64,000 nt of DNA from the human T2T-CHM13v2.0 reference genome, Homo sapiens, in the NCBI RefSeq assembly GCF_009914755.1, contig NC_060928.1; one strand, given 5' to 3'. The position numbers were made by a program, and so were the translations under genes. Below the pieces are notes generated by a model. It did not search any database, had not been told where the DNA came from, and worked only from the letters and a program-made list of their open reading frames with translations. This document shows, piece by piece, positions 47,870-62,379 of this stretch; position 1 is the first letter of the stretch, and the number at the start of each line of letters is the position of its first letter.

Positions 47870-48150
47870 TTTCAGGCACTATATTAGATAAAAGACATAA
47901 AGAGATGTAAATACAAAAAATCTCCAGCCTTGTTGGGGAAACATACAAATCATAATTACAAAGCAACACTGTATTTGAATAATGCAGTGTTATCCAAGAT
48001 GCAGAGAGATGCTAGAAGAGTCTGGAAAGCCTGAATGAAGAGATGATTGTTCAAAGGAGACCTAAATGGTGAGTAAATGCCATACAGATAAAGAGCATTG
48101 TGGAGGGGCACATTCTAGGCTGAAAGAACAGCAACTGCAGAACTAGCAAT
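47870..48150 (-). mobile_element. L2 fragment
   Basis: CAGGCACTATATTAGA...GGAAAGCCT...CATTCTAGGCTGAAAGAACAGCAACTGCAGA. Confidence 0.55.
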
Positions 48151-48789
48151 AAAGAACATACAGCTAATAACAATTGTCACTCTTAGTTTATTTCCTCTGT
48201 TCTTGCCTACTTGTTTCTCAGGGATGCAATCACTGGAACCACCACTGGCTGGCTCAAGGAATTTCTATTATCTGAGCCATACAAGTGTATATGAATAGCT
48301 TCCAATCCTGCTATTTCATGAGAAATAAAATTATTTTCTCAAACTTGATATTTGGTGTTTAATCACACTGTTGTATTTCCAGGTGTCTCTCTGAGTGACC
48401 TTTATTCAATTTCAGGACTTTGTGCACCTGCCTCTTAATTCCACATACATAGAAACCTTGGGTCTAGGTTTTATCCTCCACAGGTCAACTCTTCCAACTC
48501 TTCTTGTCCATTTATTTATCCTCTATTCTACCCCAAATCCAGTAGTCCTCTTTCAGAGTTGATGGATCGAGGAATCTTTGCTGAATACCCTGGTGTCACT
48601 CTAGGATTAATGATCTTAGCAGATAATTATTCAAGTGATGTGGGTTTTGTTGACCCTCCTTATTTTTGTCATTTCTCTTCTCAATTCTGGATCTTTGTCC
48701 CAGGACACATTCTTTTGGTAACGTTCTCCTTTATACAGAAATACAGAAATCACAGGTTGTTTACTTTACTTCCAGGTAGTTTTCATTGA

Positions 48790-49195
48790 TTGTACATCTC
48801 TGTTATTCCACTTATAGCTCCAATTAATTGAACTGCTGACTTAAGCCAATGAATCTTTTCCAGGAGGACTTTGAAATGGAATACAGGTGGTTCCAATCAG
48901 TCTGGCAACGCTCTTGAAAGGGAAATAATGAGTTGAGGGCTATTAGTGCTGATCATTTTCTATCCGGTACACTATAGAGCAGATAAAACTCATTTTCAGA
49001 ATGAGAGAAGAGTGAAGCAGATCAGCGCAGAGGAGATCGAGACAGAGAAAGATGATTTTGTGGTTAGCTTGTAGTTTTCCAGTGATTGTTTCTATGTCTT
49101 TCCTAGGCCTTCCTGCTGAAGTTCTGCCTTTTGCTTCCCTGAGAAACATTTGTATTTTTATAACAAGTCTTTCTCTCTTTAAATTAGCTACCAAT
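48790..49195 (+). mobile_element. Old MLT1 (K/L/N-like) LTR fragment
   Basis: GCCAATGAATC...GAGAGAAGAGTGAAGCAGA..CAGAGGAGA.CGAGACAGAG...TTTCTCTCTTTAAATTAGC. Confidence 0.45.
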
Positions 49196-52009
49196 TTATA
49201 CTAATATGGCACTCATTAGATGTTTTGATGTTTATCCTTACCTGAATACTGCCTGAAATTACAACTTCCAGGCACCATGTCTTAACTTCTGGCTGATCCT
49301 CAAGAGTTTGCCACTGAGACTGCATCATCTGTCTCAACACCTCACTCAGGTGTTCAAGCCTTATATCAGTTTTTATACCCCTCCTGATTTCTTCAAGTTA
49401 TCTTATGTTCTGACTTCCATAATTTCTTGCACTTCCATCTGGCCACTACACAATGGAGTGAATTAAGAAATTTTGAGGCTTCTGGTAGAGACCACTCTAG
49501 AAATTCTTTACAAATATTTTTACATGACAATATGGCTATTTAAATCCACGTTAAATTTGAGCATTATTATTCTATTGCATCTGTATGCCATTTTGCTGTA
49601 TTTTAATTCTGACAACAGTAGATTATTCTAGTGCATTAATTTGAAATGAATCATTTTATGAAAATATAAACTAGTTGAAATTCCATTTACGTAATAGAAT
49701 TTCCAATATATTCTTGCAGGATTCCAACATCTGCTGGTTTCATTAGAACATTAGCAGGATCTTTTGAAGAATGCTGACTAATCTATAATTCCTTAAAAAG
49801 ATTACATATAAAAATTATGCATTGCTTCTGTAAGTTCTTATTTACATATGGTAAATTAGGGATTATAAGGAAAAATGCTATCATTTGGATGATTCTACAT
49901 AGTGAAGTAGTGGTTTTTGTTGTTGTTCTTGTTGTTGTTTTTGGAAGATGTCTGTACATGTTTTTTAGAGGTTAGTCAGGAGCAATTTTCTTATTCAGGC
50001 TTCCATCATTGTTAGAATAAAAATGAAATTTAGTCTTTAACCTCCAGTCCTTGAAGATCGTATTATTCAATTATTTATGACTGATTACTATAGTTAAGAT
50101 GACTTAAGAACCCTTTAAATGCTGCATAAAATTAAAAAGATTTTGGAGTCCTAATTTCTCAGACAAATATAAAACAATGTTGGATCATTGCTATTTGCTA
50201 TGATTGATATAAAATCTATTGCTCAAAAAGTGACCAGTGAGAAATAAATACATTTATAATTAGCATACATTTACATTATTTGCAAGATTCAATTTGCTAA
50301 AGACTATGCCTTCGTTTCACTGCTATTTAGGAGGCCTCACAAAGTGCTATGGACTCGTGTGACTCCCTACCTTGTAGGCAACTGCACTTTGTAGGGCATT
50401 TAGGCACTTAGAATGTGGTGTGGCTTGGATTGGTTATATTATCATTTAAAGAAACTCTTTATTAGCCTTATTAAAACCAACTGTATCTAGGCAAAATGAT
50501 CCTATATTAAGGAAAAACTTCTTGTGGAACTGGAATAATATTTGATTGCTTTCAGATGTTTGTCCTATACTCCAAAGCTAGAGAGCTGCTTACTCCCTCA
50601 GGGAAAACAACTTCACAGCAACTCATTTTACACCAAAACAATTAACTGAACTTAATTGGGCATAACATTTAATAAAAAAGAGCCTCCTTTGGGAAAAAAA
50701 CAATTTTTTATGTGTCTACAACTGTATAGCATAAAATTGCTATAATTTGTATATGTGTATGTTTTAGAAACAACTTTATAAAAGACTCTAGAAATCAGCA
50801 TTAATTCTACATGGTGCCTGTCAAATTGTTTACTATTGAAAAAATATTAATTTTTCTTTCTGTTATTTTATGAGATTTTATCATCTCCTGACCAATGATT
50901 TATCAAATTTCATGGGACTAGAATAAAGGGTAGCTGTTTGAAAAGCCTTTCTCTTTGAGGTATCTAACATAAATATGAGACACGTATTTCAAACTTTATT
51001 TTCTGTAATATGAGGGTAACTTCTTTCTTATACTGTATCTGAAAAATGATTTAAAAATAAACTAATGAAGTAAAGTACCTTTACAAATTTTGATACAATT
51101 TACTGTTGCTACTTCAGAATAATATCTGACTGTCCATTAAATTTTAAAATATGACATTTTACTCCAGGGCTATAATATTCATTTGCTTTGACACAGATAA
51201 ACATGTCTACTACTGTGTTACACAGAAACTTCAATTTGCGTATCATTTGTATAGTATTATACTTCAGATTAAAAATATAATTGAAGTAACTTTGAATTAA
51301 AAAACACCCTAAAGAAACCACACAATCTGAGATAAAATAACTTAAAAAGACAAAATCGGAATCTTTAGTGTAAACGAAGGATAATAGGTATATATGAGGA
51401 GGTATGAAAGACATCCTTATATGTTATTATTTATTGGTTTTTAAATTCAATTTTGGGTAGATTGGAAAATAGAAGATTTTGTTCTAATTCTGTTTTTGCA
51501 ATAAGTGTAATAGCTCATAAAATTTTGGAGATGCTATTTCAGGGCACATTGGCATAAATATTTGTAAAATTCTTTCCTTAAAGTAAGAACTAAAGTACTC
51601 CTCAGGAGAAATGCATTTCTGTCATAGATAAGAGCATTGTAAAATAATCTGTTTTAAAGTAAATATGAAATATAGAATGTTTGGTGCTCTGCTGATTTGT
51701 ATTCAAAATAAATCCCAGTGCCCTGAAATCGTTGGGGCTTACCAATTCCAGCAGTCAAAGGTCTCAGCTTTAGGCGTTCCTATAACCTTGGTAAAAGCTG
51801 AAATATGAGCTCTGAAAGACAGCACATACATAATGAAAAATACCTACCCCATTTTATCCTTAAATATGTTTAGATCTAGTTAACTCAAGTGATGTGCCCA
51901 AAATCAAACTAATGGAAGCTGAAAAATAGTTGTGAATAGTGAAAATTAAATTATTTCTCAATTCTTCTGCTCCTTCTGATTTCGTACTGAGTTGTGTTTA
52001 TTATAATGA

Positions 52010-52210
52010 CCTCTGGAGTAAGACTGCCTGGGTTCATTTTCAGCTTGACCATTTACAAGTTATGTGACCTCGAGAAAGTTACTTAACCATTCTTTGCCTC
52101 ACTTTTTTAACTCATTAAATGGGGTTATAACAGTACTTCCTTCATATGATTTTTATGAAAGTTAAATGATTTAAAATCATTTAAATAGTGCCTAGTATGA
52201 AAATAGCACA
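52010..52210 (+). mobile_element. MIR SINE
   Basis: CTCTGGAGT.AGACTGCCTGGGTTCA...TGTGACCTCGAGAAAGTTACTTAACC..TCTTTGCCTCA. Confidence 0.8.
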
Positions 52211-52319
52211 TTAAGCTGGATAAACCCAGTAGATATGAGTAATGGTCTTCTACCTTTCGTATGATGACAATGCTCCGTTAAAGATTTTCTTTGTACTTCT
52301 GTTATTTTTGGCAGAACTA

Positions 52320-52952
52320 TTCAAAGTGGCTTTGTTTTTAATAGCCAGAATCTGGAATCAAACCAGATATTCTTTAATGGATGAGTGGCCAAACAATCCA
52401 TGTCATATACATACCATGGAATACTATTAAATAACAAAAAGGACCAAAGTATTGACAGGCATGGCATCTTGGATGACTCTCCAGGATATATTCTGTTTTT
52501 AAAAAGCCAGTCCTAAAGGGTAAATATTGTATTATCCCATTTATATAAGTTTTTAAATGAAAAAATTGCCTGCATTAGGAACAGAGACTGAGCAGGGAAA
52601 GGTGGAGTGGCTGTGGCTATAAAGAGGCAACCCAAGGGATCCTTGCAGTGATGGAACTGGTCAGAATGTTGACTGTGGTAGTGGATACATGAACCTACAC
52701 ATATGATAAAGTTGTATGGAACTAAACAGACATGCATACACACACACACACATATAAACACAAGTAAAACTGAGGGAATCACAATAAGATATGTGGATTG
52801 TATTCATTTAATATACTGGTTGTATTTTGCAAAATGTTGTCATTATGCTATATTGGGTAAAGTGAGCATGGGCTTTCTTACAATTGCATGTGAACTTCAT
52901 TACGATTGCACATAAATCTACAACTATCTCTATAAGAATTTCAATTTTAAAA
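52320..52952 (+). mobile_element. L1MC1/2-like 3' end
   Basis: CATACCATGGAATACTA; GTGGCTATAAAGAGGCAAC..AAGGGATCCTTG..GTGATGGAACTG; GGATACATGAACCTACAC. Confidence 0.75.
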
Positions 52953-53216
52953 AGTAGCACGGGAAGAGGGAGGCTGCTTGGAATTTGAAAATTTATATGA
53001 TAATCCATGTTTAGGAAATAAATAATTAAAAGTGAAGTGGATTACTGCATAGAATAAAAAAAGTAGAAAGAATAGAATAAAATAAAACATTATTAAAATT
53101 ATAAAATCATAGACCCTAAAAGCATGAGAGATCATCTCATCTGTTGACCAGTCCAAGGTAAAGGTTTTGTTATTCTGTAGCAAAATGTGAAATATTAAGA
53201 CAAAGTCACTCCTGTG

Positions 53217-53217
<1 letters not shown>

Positions 53218-53253
<36 letters not shown>

Positions 53254-53260
53254 TGTGTGT
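53218..53260. repeat. (TG)n microsatellite
   Basis: ~17 perfect TG units, then TC and further TG. Confidence 0.95.
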
Positions 53261-54511
53261 AGGGGGTGGGATGTTGACATAAGTTTGCTAACTGTCCTAT
53301 TTTGGGAAGGAACTGTCCTTTATCTTCGATTATTCCTTGCCTCCATCTTGAAGTTAGTTTTCTTTCTTTTACAAAATAATAGTTATAGTACTTTTGTGAT
53401 GTCCTTCCTTAATATTACACAAAATAAAATGTTGATAAACTTTAAAAAAAAACCTGAGTGGATATGAAGACACTCCTTCACCAAAAAACAAAACACCAGA
53501 AAAAAAATGTGGGTCCTAAGTGGAAAGTAAAAGTGATGTTGAATATATAAACATATGAAGTCAATACACAAAGGCTAGAGAGAGACAAGAGAGCTCAGGG
53601 AAAGGTGGAGAGACAAAGGAGAAAAAGCATGAACTGGCAGGACCTGCAAAAATATGGTGAGAATAAAATAGCAAGAGATGGAAAGTGCAACAAAGGATTG
53701 ATCCCATCCACAGAATTTCCCATGAAGAGGAGTTCTTGTGTTTTCAGGAGAATGTGTGCTCTGGGAGATTGCACTATCTGTCTATTGAGTCTGTTCAACA
53801 GGAAATTTCTGATATTCATTAAGACACATTCTGTGGTTTAAAAGCTATCAAATGTTTTCTTTCCTTACAAATTTCCACAGAAAATTTAGGATTGTACCCT
53901 TGCGATGAAAGATTAAACCTTGTTCATCACTTACAGGATTTATCTTCTGACTGAGTCCTTCTAAGTTGAATAAAAAGAACATTCTGGGAAATTCTCTATA
54001 TTCATGATTTTTAAATGGCTTCTCCTGGTTCATGCCCCTCAGATGATTGTTTAAAACTAAATTGTTATGGAAACTTTTAATATGTGAGGCATGTTTAAGA
54101 AATCATTTGGGGCGAACACGGACTGAAAGTCTGTGTTTTCTACAAGCTCAGCCTTTGCCCAGACTGTCTCACGAGTGAGAACTTTTCTTTGGGTGGATGC
54201 CATTCCCTCTGTCTTTCTTGGTTTCCTGGTACTTCTCCATCTGGTCCTGTGACCCCAAACCAGTCCACAGTAACATGGTCACAACCCTTCCTTTGTCATC
54301 TTTATATTTTCAAACCACATGATGGGTCATCATCAAAAATGCCCTGTTTTGAGGTTGATTATTTTATTACAAGTTCATTTGCAAAATCTGCACACTGCTC
54401 ATCAGGCTAAAGCTCCTCAGCCAGTGCCGCTACAGCTTCCCTGAGTGGGGCCTGCAGCCTTGTGGCAGCTAGGTAAACTCAAACAAGAAAATGCTGCAGA
54501 GAAAGCAGGGT

Positions 54512-54662
54512 CTTTCTTGCCTGAGTTTCTAGCCTGCCAGCCTCCCCTAAAAGTGTCAGATTTTCTGGTTTCCCACAATCACGTAAGCCAGTTCTTTGAA
54601 ATACAATACACGTATACATATACCTTATTGATTCTGTCTCTCTGGAGAACCTTGACTGATAA
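54512..54662 (+). mobile_element. MLT2D-like ERVL LTR 3' fragment
   Basis: TCTTGCCTGAGTTTCTAGCCTGCC...CCCACAATCACGTAAGCCA...TTCTGTCTCTCTGGAGAACCTTGACT. Confidence 0.75.
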
Positions 54663-55899
54663 AACTGATATTAGCATTTTATAATTGTGATTTTTATATC
54701 TTTAACTACATGATAGGGATGTTGTGTAGTGAATCTTATATTCCCCAGAACTATGCCCTGTGAATTCTTAATGAATCAATGAACATTTGGTAATGCTTTC
54801 CCCATAACTTATATTACTCTTTATTTCACTAATCTTTATTGATGGTTAAAAGACCTGAGGGTCAGCTTAGATTTTCTAAATCAACATAAAGTAATTTATA
54901 TGTTAATTTAAAATTCAGACTTCCTCTGTATTTTGAGGGAGTAAAAGACTAGATATATAAGCTAGGCTAAAAATGAGCCTGAAAACTGAAATTGAAATAT
55001 TTGAAAATGCAAGCGGTCTTCTCATTTTATATCCTAATCTACTCCGTTTATTAACATGCATGCTAATGGAAAGTAGGCTGCTCATAATTCACATGTATGA
55101 TGAGGGCCAGAAAGTGTGAATATCCAGTCATTGCACAGTAGACATTTTGAACTGGCCACCACATTCAAGTAGGATTTGGTTTTTACTACATTGTCTAGCT
55201 TTTTACTTATTAATTTGTATGTATCTTCCCAACTTAAATACTTTGACTATTTCATAATCCAGTTTTAATATGTATTTTAAAAGTGATAGTTGTTTGAAGC
55301 CCAAGAATCAAATATTTTAAGCAGCTCAGGTTATGAGATAGCAGAAATTTAATTCTATGTTTTATTCTTTTTAGCATCTGCTGTTGAGACAGTATGAATC
55401 ATGACACACACATCTACTCTACATCTTTCTTTCACTCTTACTCACAACATCTGTAGTAGAGTTCCCTATACTTTGTACTGATATAACTTGATGTCTCAAT
55501 AGAAGTCCTTTAGGCAAGAAACATGACTATTTTATTCAGAATTTCAAACAAAATGAAAAGTAATTATCAAAACCTGAGTTCCTAGAATCTTGGCCATTGA
55601 GAATACATGGGATTCTTACGTCTTCCACTGTAGTGACTTCTGGATTTTCCAGATTCTCTCATTTCTGAGCCACCATATATGTTTATCTCATCTGCTTCAG
55701 CATTTGCCAGTAAGTGGAAGGGCTGCACCTCTGTGTGGACAGATGAGTTACCTTCCCAGGACCAAGTAGTATTTTGCCTAAACTGTGCTCTCTGCGAAGG
55801 TCACTTGCCTTCTCATCTTTTTTCCTCCCCTAATTACTTATCCTTCAGGAGAAGACATTGCTTTTGCATAGACACATACACTCATGCACAAAAGCTTTT

Positions 55900-56085
55900 A
55901 AGCAGGAGGTCAGGCTCCTTGCTCTGTGGTTTTATGGCACTTTGTACTTCCATTATCGTAGCTCTTAGCACACTGTACAATTACTGTGCAAAATCTCCTC
56001 ACTGTTCTTCAAGCTCCATGTCCTCTGTTTATTAAGTCTGCAATGCCCAGCAAAGAGCCTTATACTTTGTAAACACTAATAATGG
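55900..56085 (+). mobile_element. L2 3' fragment
   Basis: GCACTTTGTAC...GTAGCTCTTAGCACACTGTA...AAGCTCCATG...TGCCCAGCA.AGAGCCT. Confidence 0.55.
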
Positions 56086-58479
56086 ACCAGTACATTAACA
56101 ATCTGAGATTTTACAAGCTCTTTTCATTCAAGGTGGAGAAAAAGCTTCTTTGAAAGCCAAAGAATTTAGTGGTTAAAAGCAAGTGAAGAAACATTTGTAG
56201 TTTTTTAAAAGCTTATTGGAATGTTTACCAATTGCTAATTCCAAATATAATTTTCAAGCCTCACTCCTAGTAATAACTGAATGTAATATATTATTTATTT
56301 ATCATTTTTAATAGAAAAGGTAAGGTAACAACTAATTTTTACAGCAAGTATTATTAAGAGAAAATTTAAAATGAAGAACCATGTCATCTTGTATACTATG
56401 AATTGTGGCATTATATTTTGTTATGTGTTTTATGTATGTTTTCATTTGTACGAAAAATCTGCTCTAGTTTTTAATTGATGAATGGAAGATATTTTTAAGC
56501 TACAAAACAAATATATAATTATATATGTGTCAATAATACATGTACATTTTACAATCATATGTGCGTGTATATATGTATATATATATATAAAATAGTACAT
56601 ATTTCATAGCATTATGACACTTAAGTATAAACTTCTTTGAGAAGTACCTGGAACATAAAACACACCATATAAATTTTGTTAATATTTGGATGATCAGTGA
56701 TTTATAATTATTTTTTGGTTGAGGCAAATGTTCTCTTTTCACTCCTACATAAAATAAGAGATAAGACATTATTTTCTAGTCATCAAAGCTAATAGATTAT
56801 AGTAACAATTTGTGCTTTGGGAATCAATAGACTGAAACTGGCATCCATGGCAGGTCAAACTAAAAAGATTGTGTGTCAGTGCTTGCAGTCAAAAAGCCAT
56901 CACCCTTCTGTTGTTTCTTTGTCTACACAGGACAGTTTACTTTTTGGAGTCACACTCAAAAAGGGGCTTTATTCTTAGTGGCAAACTCATGTCAGTTTTT
57001 AAAAGCTTCAGAATTGCAGCTGTGCATCTTCTGAACTAAAAAGCTGTTTGAAATTTTTATCTGAAATTTTCTAAAAAAATTAACCAGTGTCATTTTTCTT
57101 GATTTATTTCTTTGCTTTTCCTCTTAAGCAACTGAAAATAAATTTCAGGAACTCTAGGTATATTTTTACTTCAACAGGTGTCTCTACACATACTTTACAT
57201 CTCCATTTCTACATACTCATTAACATGCTTTTCTTACTGTATTTTACTATATTCATTATATTATACCTACTACATTTATTTACAAAGTAAATAAATGGTC
57301 ATTACATTAAAAATTGTTTAAGCAGAATAAATGTGTTCGAATTCTTTGCATTTTTATTTTATGAACTTAAAATGCATTTTACAAACATTGACTATCTTCC
57401 TACTTTCTGTTCCTTGAGAAAGAAAGATATTGAGAATATTTCCTTTCTATTACCCCCTCCTTTCCTGATTGGCATATTTCTGAAACACTGCTGGATTTGA
57501 CTGACCATTAATAATAAGTTGTAGAGTGATTTACAGTTTTTAAAGCTCTTCTGTGCTTTGATCCTTACAAAGGCCCTGTGAGCTCATCATGTCAGGGAGT
57601 AATGCTCCGTTTCCACCCCTTTCTCTGAAACAAAGTGAAACTAGTTTTGTAACTGGACAATGTTAAGCTTCTTAGTAAATGTTATGCAGTAATTCAATCT
57701 TGAATTGTTGGCCTCCCAAATAGATCCATTGCAGAAAAGCGTTTAATATAGACGTGATTTTGATATAAAAGTGTGCACAAAAGATTTTGAAAATCTAAAT
57801 TTTGATGATTACTCTCGTCGTAGAATACTTCTCTGTGTTAACAAGAGAAGTCAGGATAAGACCCAGCTCTCCTGACTTGCCCTCATGAGTTCTTTAAATT
57901 CATCATCATTAGCAATACTTCAAAACAAGAAAAGAGGTCCATTGTTTTTTTCTCGTGTAGGGAAGGATTAAGGAAAAGAGAGAGAAAGGAAATTTGAAGT
58001 TGCCTATTTACCTGATGTTTTTATTCTGGCATCTTGACAGAAAACGGTTTTGCAGATATTTTCCTTCAGGGTATATATAGTTAGAATTGACTGTGGCCCC
58101 TTTAGCCCACTGATTTGTTTCTGTTGGCCCCTTCCTTCCCCCCAATCCCACTCTCTCTCTGCCCAGAAGAACCAGTTGATCCTGACTGGTCCAATTCCCT
58201 AGGATTAGCACTCTAGAAAATAATGACTTCTCTTATTTTCTTCCAGGATCTACTCAGGGAAGCAGAATTCCTATGATGCTTAGATAAACTGCTTTATATT
58301 GCTTCTGGAAACTAATTTTAGAAAAAGTACAAACCAGGTTACTTTTGTATCAGTTATTGATGACCAGCTCAAAAATTTCTCTGAGGCATTTATTCAAAGT
58401 GATACATTCAAAACCAAATTATATTGAGACTAATTCTTTTGTATTAAATAAGTAACACATTAATTGCATTGCCCTTGTT

Positions 58480-59110
58480 AAAATTAAAACATGATAGATA
58501 AATCTAAGTTCCCTTTATCGTGAGTGCAATCTTGGTCCCCTTCATTCTCCTCCAGAAGTAACTCTAGAAATAACTCCTCATGTGTACTCTCCTAGTGTCT
58601 TTTTCTTATATTTGAATTCTGTAAATATATATGACTATAGAAAAAACAAAGTATTGTTTTGTTGTTGAAATTAAAACATACATGTTCTGCAGTTTGCTTC
58701 CTCCATTTCAACAATATGTCTTAAAGATATGTTTATGCTAGAACATAAAGATCTACCTCATTCTTTTTAACTACTATACTGCAGTCCATAATATGCTGTC
58801 CATTCCTTTATCAATGGTCTTCAGATTATTTCCAGTTCTTTGCTATTACAAATAAAGGCTGGACAAGTATCCTTGAACATGGCTCCTTAGATTCAGGTGA
58901 CAGTGTTTCTCAAGAATGTATATAGAGATGTGAAAATGGAAGGTTATAGGGCATACATAGTCTCAATTATAATGGATGTTTCTTAATATCTTCACAAAGG
59001 GATCATCTTAAATAACAATCCCATGTGTAGTGCCCCTTTCCCATAATGTCAATAACACTTGGTATGGAACTCCAAATTTTTGCCAATTTGATGGTGAAAA
59101 ATAGTTTCAG
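58480..59110 (-). mobile_element. L1ME3/4-like fragment
   Basis: CTCCAGAAGTAAC; AGATCTACCTCATTCTTTTTAACT; TTTGCTATTACAAATAA; TTTTTGCCAATTTGATGGTGAAAA. Confidence 0.6.
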
Positions 59111-60076
59111 GTTAACTCCTACTTTTTTCACCCCAGGGTGAAATACTTATAATAAAAATATCTAAAAATGATGCCATGTGATAAATTAAGCAAAAAAAAT
59201 CAATATATTAAAATTTTTGCTTTATTATTTTCTTATATCACACAGTCAGATATCCTGTTCAGGGACTCTTTAAGCCTCTCCCTCTGTAGAGCAGATTCCC
59301 TTTTCACATCCCAGTAGGACTGTTAATTGGGTTTTGAATCTGATTACTGAGACAAATTGGATCAATGGTAAAAGTACTAAGCAATTTATTCCATGTTCAC
59401 AGTCCATTGCCGAAGAAAACAGTTCATAAGTTCTTATGAAAACTAGAGATTGTCCATTCTTCTACAAAATAAAGAAAATCCTGAGCAGACACAACTGACA
59501 ACTTGTTAAGCCTTTCCTATAGTTAGTTCTTCAGATTTAGGATTATGGGGAGGAGTCAGAGCGTATTCAGGCTCTCACTGCACATCGTATGGTACATAAG
59601 CTATCAGTTTTTACTTAGGATTAAAACCGTCATTGAGCTGTAGGGCCTGCCATTTCTAACCAACTTCTGCGTTGGATTGAATAATCCGATCAAGCTATTT
59701 TTAGCCCTTGGGATACATCCTTATCTTTAGTGGCTGTGCTGTGACAGTGATAAATAGGCCCAGTAGCCCACAGATTCAGGCTTTTCAGCAGGAATTAAAG
59801 GGGAATCTCCTTTCTAAATAAAGGGTATCAGGAAAAATATGTTGAACTCTTCATTATCCACAGCAGTGGCAATGCAGAGAAGTGGACTCTAAATTGTATT
59901 CAGTGCCCGAAAATTCTTGTATGTTGCAGTGTTTATCATAGGTAAAAGGAAAATACATTTTGTAAAGGCAAGTACTTTTCGTTGAATGGATGAGTTTGGC
60001 AGCATGGTTGAATTATTAAACCACACTGAAATTAATGCCAAATTAGTAGGTAAGCATTTTTGTCATACTGCTTACC

Positions 60077-60460
60077 TGATATGGTTTGGCTGTGTCCCCA
60101 TCCAAGTCTCATCTTGAATTGTAGTACCCATAATCCCTACATATCATGAGAGGGACCTGGTGGGAGGTCATTGAATCATGAGAGTGGTTACTCCCATGCT
60201 TTTCTCATGATCGTGAGTGAGTTCTCAAGAGATCTGATGGTTTTATAAGGGGCTTCTTCCCTGCACCCCTACTTCGCTCTGCACTTCTCCTTGTTGCCAC
60301 CATGTGAGGAAGGACATGTTTTCTTCCCCTTCTGCCATGATTGTAAGTTTCCTGAGGCCTCCCCAGCCCTGTAGAACTGTGAGTCAATTAAACCTCTTTT
60401 CTTTATAAATTACCCAATCTTGGGTATGTCCTTATAGCAGCGTGAAAATGGACTAATATA
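60077..60460 (+). mobile_element. THE1C-like MaLR solo LTR
   Basis: TGATATGGTTTGGCTGTGTCCCCA start; GAGATCTGATGGTTTTATAAGGGG; GAGTCAATTAAACC; ends GGACTAATATA. Confidence 0.9.
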
Positions 60461-61349
60461 CTAGCCATATGGTTTTGTGTAAGAATGGAATCTCTTTATT
60501 ATTTACTTACGTATAAAACTGAGTTACTAATATTTTACTGACAATTTCACAGAGCCATTATACGAGTTAGAAAAAAAGCATATAAATATCATGTTAAGTA
60601 ACCTCTAAACTGTAGTTATGAATACATTCATTTATTAATTCATCCAACAGTTATTGAATATATAAAATTTATCCATTAGGATAAATGCTGTGATGTATTG
60701 AGGGCAATTGTAACAACCTGAAGCAAGGATATTTACCATGGAGAGTAAAGACAGGCTAACAGAAGAGAAGGATAGTTCAGAAAAACACAGAAGGGTAAAT
60801 TCAAGTTATTCAAGTGAAGGGTTTGGGAGTCTAAGGGAGTGGAAGTAGAAAACACTTTATATAGAAGAACATGTAAAATGTCTCAGGCAAAAAAAAAATA
60901 TTATCTGGGAAGTTCCTTGAGTTGTTCTGGAGTTATTATGATACATTCCAATGTGTATAATAAAATGTATACATAATTTCATTCAGGATATTTGCTTTAA
61001 AAGCTTTTCTTCTAGGAAAAATGATTAAAATGGGTTGACTCTTATTTGAATCACTGTGTTCCATTGGCATTTATAATGCATCTAGGATTTTAATTCACAT
61101 CTTTTTTATATGAGTTTTTAGGTATTATCTGTGTATTTGTTTAGTTTTATTAAACAACAAAACACCTGTTAGCACTTCCAGTCTTTATTCCATAATTGGT
61201 ATAGCTCCAGCAGCCTTAATTGCCCTCTCTTCCACACAAAAATTGATGAGGGATAATTTTATAGGAATATTGATTCAGCAATTCCAGTATATTCCTTTAA
61301 TTACTATGTTACACTAGCCATTTCGTTTTTAGATGATTCTCATTTAAAG

Positions 61350-62350
61350 TTACCATTTTTTTCTGAGTGTAGAAATAATATAGATGTTGTAGAACACTGA
61401 TAACATGTAGAAAAGTCTAACATATTAAATGAAGACAGCAATGATACCACCACCCAGAAGCAAACATTGCTCTCATTTTGAAGCATACATTTACAATCTT
61501 TTAGTGTTTTTTTGTCTTAAGCATATGTATATACTTAAAATGAAAATTACCTAGAATATACAAAGATATATCCAGCTTTTCTGTTAATTTATTATTCATA
61601 TATCACCATTAATAAATATTCCTTAGAACTCTTAATGTCTGCATAATATTCAACAAAGGTTATATAAACATGTTTACTTAAAAATTTACCTATTATTAAA
61701 TATTTACATTTTAAACGTTTTAATATTTAAATAATACTACTATAAATCTCCATGCATATATGTATTTGTGTACAGATCTGACTTAGTCCTGAGAATCCAT
61801 AGGATTTTATTTGCTAGATTAAAAATAAAAAATTTGTGATATATGTGGCCAAATTGCCCTTCAGAGCTAATGTATAAATGAATGTCCCTATCTATAATTT
61901 TGTGTGTGTGTTCACAGTAGGGAGTCATCTACTTTAAAAAACATTTGCCATTATGGTAGTCTTTAAAAATGTACTTGTTACTTAAATTTGAATTTCTTGG
62001 ATTGAAAGAAAAACTATATTTATTTATATCTCTATATTATATAATGTGTCTATTATAAAATTGTATATAATATGTGTCTAATATAAAATTATGTGTCTAT
62101 TATATATGTATAAATTATATGTATATTAATTTATAATATATTACATATTATATAACATACATAATATAATTAATAATAATTACATAAATAATATATTATT
62201 AACATATATATTATCCCTATATTTATTTGCTGAGACCTGTGTGGTTCTTGTCTTTTTTATATTTTCCTGTGCTATTCATAATTTTCCTATTGACTTATAT
62301 GAGTCCTGTACAGATGGAAGCTTTTAACCTTTTGTGTGTTGCATTTACAA
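61350..62350 (-). mobile_element. L1ME-like 3' fragment containing an AT-rich expansion
   Basis: CCACCACCCAGA...; GCCAAATTGCCCTTCAG; TTTGCCA...TTAAATTTGAATTTCTTGGATT. Confidence 0.55.
62020..62222. repeat. AT-rich low-complexity/degenerate tandem repeat
   Basis: Repeated ATGTGTCTA(T/A)TA units followed by a (TA/TAA)-rich tract. Confidence 0.85.
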
Positions 62351-62379
62351 AAAAATAATCTGTTGATTTGTGGTATTAT

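Noticed and set aside
51109-51414. 101-aa ORF in unique sequence
   Set aside because: AT-biased composition, no domain, no convincing splice signals; consistent with chance.
52162-52184. Perfect 11-bp-arm palindrome TTAAATGATTT-A-AAATCATTTAA inside a MIR
   Set aside because: Short and AT-rich with no TSD; chance or minor quasi-palindrome correction.
56995-57046. Imperfect hairpin (TTCAGAA...TTCTGAA), pre-miRNA-like
   Set aside because: The stem is short and bulged; no supporting evidence.
59250-59900. Possible ancient minus-strand LTR (TG start, minus-strand AATAAA near 59385)
   Set aside because: Could not assign a family, second terminus or TSD; needs a Dfam search.
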